Shown here: positions 58,189 to 64,000 of the stretch, piece after piece
How positions within the stretch are numbered: the stretch's first letter is position 1
Layout: every line of letters begins with the position of its first letter
Source of the DNA: Bugula neritina
Taxonomy: Eukaryota; Animalia; Bryozoa
NCBI GenBank assembly: GCA_964035545.1
Contig: OZ037771.1
Span: forward strand, 8,797,408 to 8,861,407
Length of the DNA stretch: 64,000 bases
Direction of reading: 5' to 3'
Notes under the pieces: model-generated
What the model was told of the DNA's origin: nothing
What the model saw: the letters and a program-made list of their open reading frames with translations, nothing else
Databases searched by the model: none
Program-made: the position numbers and the translations under genes

Positions 58189-58898
58189 GCTATCTTACCT
58201 GCTTTCAGTAAGATAGCTGAAAAGATTTTAAATAAGCAAATAGTAGATTTTCTAGAAAGCAAAAATTATTCAACTGATAAGCAGTACGCCTTTAGACAAA
58301 ATAGAAACACAAATACTGCCTTAATTAATTTAACAAAAAAGGTTTTAAATGCCATGAACAATGGTAATTCTGTAGCAGGAATTTTCCTCGATTTTAGTAA
58401 GGCCTTTGACACAATAAATCATGAAATCTTATTAGCTAAATTAAAAATGCTCCACTTTTCAAGTTACAGTGTGAAGCTAATTTAAAAATTATCTGTCCAA
58501 TCGTCAACAGTCTACTATTATTAACAACACATATTCTAACTTTATTCATATCACATGTGGAGTACCACAAGGATCCATACTTGGTCCCACACTATTCATA
58601 ATTTATATAAATGATCTTCCAGATGTAACTATGCATTTAGACCCTATATTATTTGCCGACGATACGAACCATTTCTTTGAATCAAAAAATCTATTAAACA
58701 ATATGGACATCATAAACTGTGAATTAAAGAAAATTGAAACTTGGTGCAATAAAAATAAATTAACTGTAAACATGAGTAAAACAAACTATATGATAATCAA
58801 AACAGCGCAAAATAAACAAGACTTAAGTGGCTTTGTCTTAGAAATGTTCAACAAAAAATTAGTGGAGGTAAAATCAACCACCTTCTTAGGTATTATAA

Positions 58899-61800
58899 GG
58901 GTGTGACTAAAATGGGTGGACACCCGGTGTCGCGGTCCGTGACACCCATTTTAGTCATAAGGGGGGGTTTTGACTAAAATGGGTGTCGCGAACACATTTC
59001 GTTTTATTTTCAGATTTTTAGACAGCTGTGACTGTTAAGATCATTGTTAAATAAATCTTCAGTAAATAACGAACATTTCACAATCGTTTAAACCAAAAAC
59101 ATGAACAAATTATGATTAAGTTAAATTAATTTTAACAAAAAACAAACTTATCAAGAGTTATCTTAATTTTACTGTTATCGTTATGATCATAGACATGCTA
59201 ACTTATGAAACATATTGTAATGGATTTTAACGTTCTAGTAATTATATCGCGTCACTATTATAATGGACTTGGCGTAACTTTGTAAATACTGTTAAATGTT
59301 GTAATTATAGCTAAGCTCCTTGCGTAGCTTTCTAATGCCTCAAACATTGTAATTATAGCTAAGCTCTTAGCGTAGTGAATAGCGTAATAATTGTGAATTG
59401 CCTTCCTATTTTGATTGTTGCTTTTAAGTTAATGTAATAGTTTTTGGAGTTATGTTTGCCTGCCACTTCTTTTTATAGTAATCTACAATAATTTATGTGA
59501 GCTGAGGTTCGACCGAAATCGGAACCCAGGGCGCGATTTCGGAAGGGGTATGTCCGATTTCGGATGGATTCTTCCGAAGTCGGCAACCGGAACTCCGAAA
59601 TCGGCAGCCGGAACTCCGAATTTGGCCGATTTTCGGATCCCCATAGTGGCCGGAACTTTTTGCAGTATATAAAGGCGAGCATTTCTAATATCAAATCAGT
59701 TTAACACTGGAGCTCGCAGAGCAAACTACTATATACATCAATAAAGGCTATTAGAATCGACATTTTACAAAGACTTTTATTCAACAATCACAAGTATTGG
59801 CATGCAGACTACTTGTCTATGTCATTAAACCCGCAAAATCAGAACATTGGTGGCAGCGGTGGGATGAAATAGATAAGTACGACAGGCAGTCATACTAGAG
59901 AAAGGAAGAAGGGGAAATGGAAGAAGAAGGAGAGGTAGAGATGGTTAGAGAAGAAAGAGAGGAGGATCGTCTCACCATGGAGACTCTCATCGCGGCCCTC
60001 CGGGAGGTAAGCAAGGCCGGGCAGGCAGCACCTGGAAACAGGTATCGCTTGAGGCCCCCGATTTTCGGAGGCGACGGGGACATCGAGCAATTCATTAGGG
60101 AGTTTGAAGAGGTAGCCACCCTCGCCGAATGGCCGGCACCGGTGCGCCTCCTTCACCTCCGTACCTGCTTGACAGGACAAGCAAAGAGTTATGCTCTCGG
60201 GCCTAAAATTGAAGCCCTCCAAGTGTGCACTCCTACAGCAAGAAGTCACGTACCTGGGCCATGTGGTTGGCCGTGACGAGGTCGCTACGGATCCGGAGAA
60301 GGTACAGGCTGCGAAGGAGTGGGCTGTCCCCCGGGACCTCTCTGAATTGCGGGCATTCCTCGGCCTGGTAGGGTACTACAGGCAGTACGTACCCGGGTTT
60401 GCTGGGGTGGCTCAGCCTTTGAATCGGCTAACCGCCAAGGGAGTCCGGTGGCAGTGGACACAGGAGGAGCAGCAGGCATTCGACCACCTTAAACAACGGC
60501 TAATAGAGGCGCCGATTCTGGCGTATCCTGATCCAGCCAAAGAATACATCCTGGACACCGACGCCAGCGACCACAGTGTGGGAGCTGTTCTGTCTCAAGT
60601 CCAGGGTGGAAGTGAGGTGGTCGTGGCTTACTACAGCAAGACTTTCGGGGCCGCCGAGAAGAACTACTGCATCACTAGGAAGGAACTCCTAGTAGTAGTC
60701 AAGGCGGTCAAGCACTTTCGGCCATATCTGTATGGGAGAACGTTCCGGTTGCGAACAGACCATGCATCACTGATATGGTTGTGTAAACGTGCAGAGCCCT
60801 CGAGCCAGGTGGCTCGTTGGCTAGAAATTCTTGCTGAGTTCTCCTATTGGATAGAGCACCGTGCCGGCAAGAAGCACGGGAACGCTGATGGCATGAGTGG
60901 CCGACCGGTAGAGCACTGCAAGCAATGCCTGCACATTGAGAAACGTGATGGGAGACCCACTCGCCTTGACGTCGAGGCACAGTTGGGGGACGGCAACATC
61001 CATCATTGGGAGCACGGCCATCTTCGGCCTGAAACCTACTCAGACGACGTCCAAGCACTTCGTGCTAACCCCACGCTGTACCAGAACATCAAGAAGCTAT
61101 GTCGGCTGCAAGAGACACTCCTCGGATCGGTAGCTGACATCTTCCGGGCCAAGAAAGAAGGCAGACGGCCTTCGGAAGAGCAGCAACAGCGGGATGACGC
61201 TGAGTTCCAGTTCTTCTGCCGCCGCTGGAATTCTCTCCAGATTCGTTCAGACGGTCTCCTGACGATGACATTCGCAGCAGACAACCGACAATAGGAGAGG
61301 GATCGCGTCGTATGCCCACGCGCTCTCCGTCGGGAAATCATCTGGGATACCCACAAACAGGCCCATGCTGGAGCCAGTCGCGTCATCAGATGCCTGCAGA
61401 TGCGATGGTATTGGCCCGGAATGACCAGGGATGTGCGACTAAGAATTCGGCAATGTGAAGTCTGCCAAGCCAGCAAACACGGGCGCCCCACCGAAATTAC
61501 GGGTCGGCGCCGGCTATACGCCGGCGGGCCCTGGCAGGTCGTAGCCGTGGACCTCGTGGGACCAATGCCTACAACAGACAGGGGGAATTCTTGGATTTTG
61601 GTCTTAACAGACCATTTCACGCGGTGGGCAGACGCCCTGGCTATCCCCGATGCATCGGCACCCACAGTAGCTCGGATCCTGGACCAACACGTGTTCTGTT
61701 ACTTCGGCCTACCAGAACAGATCCACACTGACCAGGGCGCCCAATTTCAGTCACAACTATTGAAGGACCTTTGCCAAGTATGGGGGGTGAATCAGAGCCG

Positions 61801-63957
61801 GACCACCACGTACCACCCACAAGGAAACGGAGTGGTAGAGAGGAATAACCGGATGCTGAGTGATGCCCTCCGGAGTCTTTTGTTGGGGAGGAACCAAGAA
61901 GAGTGGGACATCATGCTACCACAGATTATGCGAGCATATCAAAGTACCCCTCACTCCAGTACACAAGAAACACCTAATCTGATGATGTTGGGCCGTGAAA
62001 CTAGGGTCCCGGAGCATCTTGCTTACCATATTCCAACTCCCGAATTTCCCGTACACGAATATGTGAAGAAGCTGGTCGAGACCATGAGGAAAGCCCATGA
62101 CGCATTGAGAGAGAAACAGTGGACAGTGCGGACAGAGGACTCTGAGGAGCCTCCCTTATACCGAGAAGGGGACTGGGTGTGGATGGTCAGCTACCGTAGG
62201 CGGCGTGGACAATCGGCTAAATTACAGCCTATGTTCGTCGGCCCCTACTGCGTGGTAGAGGTTTTACCTAACCATACATATCGTGTGGAGCGCTCAGGAC
62301 AAATATCCGTCCAGAACGAGCAACGGTTAAAACCCTACTACGGGAGCCCAGAGGCTGCAGGACAAGCACCGCCGTTGCTGGAGCCAGCACGTCAACCCAT
62401 ATTCCGTGGGAGAAGAAATCGACCCAGGGACTGGGAAATATTCGTTCGGGATCCCGAAGAAGCCAGCAATGCCTTAGAGCCGCAGCCTCGGAATTCACCA
62501 CCAAACGCTCCCCTTCCAGATCCACCCTCAACTCCTTTCATTCCGGATCCACCACCCCAACCACAGCTAGAGGATCGGCCAATCCTGAGCTTGACCCCGG
62601 TGGCCCCTATGACAGAGGCACTCCCTCACCAGCAAGAAGTCAGAATGAAGCCCCTCCAAGTGACGAGCCCCACAGACAGTCCGATACATCAGTATCCGAC
62701 ACCCTGGGAAGAAGTAAAAGAGATAGAAGAGCCCCAAAATATTTAGCAGATTACCACGTGGGATGCTTAACCGACTCTGGGCCATTGAGTTGTTCACCCA
62801 GTACGGGTAAAGACTCCAAGCCTCGGATGCAGAGTAGCCCTGAAAGTGCAGGACAACTCCAGGTACAGCAACTCGCAAACCAGCCCAGACACGTAGTAAA
62901 CGGCCACCTACCTAGTTTTGACCTAAGTGGGCAACGGTGCCCTAGACCTGCCGACGACCTTGACCTCATCCAGGGAAGTGACTTAGACGGAAGGATCCAG
63001 CCTTATCCTGCCACCTCGATCAATGCACAAGGGAGATAGAGAGCCTGATATCATAAATCATAAAAACAAAACTAAGAACTAAAGAAAGGTAACTCTAGGG
63101 GGTGTCACTGATATTTTCGGTTTTTATCATATTTTATTATTATTGTAAATTATTATTTAATACTACTGTCATTTGGGGTGAAACAGTTATAATATATTTT
63201 GTGAACATTTTTTTGTTAGTATTGCTCTCAGTATTTTTACTAGTTTAAAGTATATGGTTCATTAATCAGTATGTCTAGAAACTGAAAAATAACCATGAAA
63301 TTAAATTAAAATATATGTATTGAACTTTTCGCGACACCCCCTAGTTTTTGACCCCAAGGGTTTTTACAATGACTTTAATCTTATTTATCTTATGAGGCAG
63401 TTTCGTAGCTTTTTAATTAGCTAAGTTAGTGTGAAAATGCGAAAGCAGTTTAATGATGTCAAGTGTAAAATTATATCTATCATCAATGCTAAATACAAAT
63501 AAAAAAATCTTGTGACACCCATTTTAGTCATTCTGGACTATAATGGGTGTCGCGAATATTTTTAGTTTTATTTTCACATTTTGTAGACATTTTTGTTTGG
63601 TAATATTGCTCAAAACGTTTTTAATAATTTAAAGTCTATGTTTCATAAGTTAGCATGTCTATGATCATAACGATAACAGTAAAATTAAGTGAAAATTGAG
63701 TTTTTGATGAGGAAAGATAACTCTCGATAAGTTTGTTTTTTGTTGAAATTAATTTAATTTAATCATTATTTATTCATGTTTTTGGTTTAAACGATTGTGA
63801 AATGTTCATTATTCGCTGAAGCTTTATTTAACAATAATCTTAACAGTCACAGCTGTCTAAAAATCTGAAAATAAAACGAAATGTGTTCGCGACACCCATT
63901 TTAGTCAAAACCTCCCCTTATGACTAAAATGGGTGGCCACCCATTTTAGGCAGACCC
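58899..63957. mobile_element. Long-TIR (over 300 bp) non-autonomous DNA transposon with 9-bp TSD (Mutator/foldback-like)
   Basis: GTATTATAA duplicated at 58890-58898 and 63958-63966; GGG...CCC termini; 58899-59214 mirrors about 63637-63957; repeated GACACCCATTTTAGTCA motifs. Confidence 0.9.
59216..63045 (+). mobile_element. Gypsy-4: 5' LTR (59216-59846), PBS, internally deleted and 3'-truncated relative of Gypsy-1
   Basis: Perfect tRNA-Leu PBS TGGTGGCAGCGGTGGGAT at 59848; gag start fused to the RT end; RNase H and integrase ORFs 60191-61294 and 61400-62746; no 3' LTR. Confidence 0.9.
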
Positions 63958-64000
63958 GTATTATAATAGATTCACATCTTTCTTGGCAACAACATTGCAG

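Larger units (their letters stand above)
58190..64000 (+). mobile_element. CR1-group LINE RT fragment interrupted by a DNA transposon (58190-58898 and 63967-64000)
   Basis: QYAFR, IFLDFSKAFDTINH, GVPQGSILGP, LFADDT; FLGII continues as IDSHLSW after the insertion. Confidence 0.85.

Overview
AT-rich metazoan (invertebrate-type) genomic DNA with spliceosomal introns; nothing prokaryotic and no CRISPR array. 0.8-5.6 kb holds the last eight coding exons of an FBXW7 (F-box/WD40) gene. From 6.8 kb a secreted or cell-surface Ig-superfamily gene (neuroglian/L1-like; three exons found at 6791, 7756 and 23258) opens very large, transposon-filled introns. The rest is a nested transposon stack: a very young intact Gypsy LTR retrotransposon (11820-19398, LTRs differ at one site by eye) inserted in a solo LTR, five older relatives, several Mag-type Gypsy remnants, a full-length RTE LINE, a CR1-group LINE fragment and several non-autonomous DNA transposons. 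Main finding: three diverged members of the tRNA-Leu-primed Gypsy family each carry, between pol and the 3' LTR, a spliced two-exon accessory gene. It consists of a 25-nt ATG micro-exon (M-x-x-N-T-G), a sense-oriented phase-1 GT-AG intron of 270-317 nt, and an exon encoding a C2H2 finger, a CxC-x12-H-x5-C finger and a C-terminal coiled coil. This resembles a complex-retrovirus regulatory gene sitting where env usually lies. All analysis was by eye; no database search was run, so novelty is unconfirmed.
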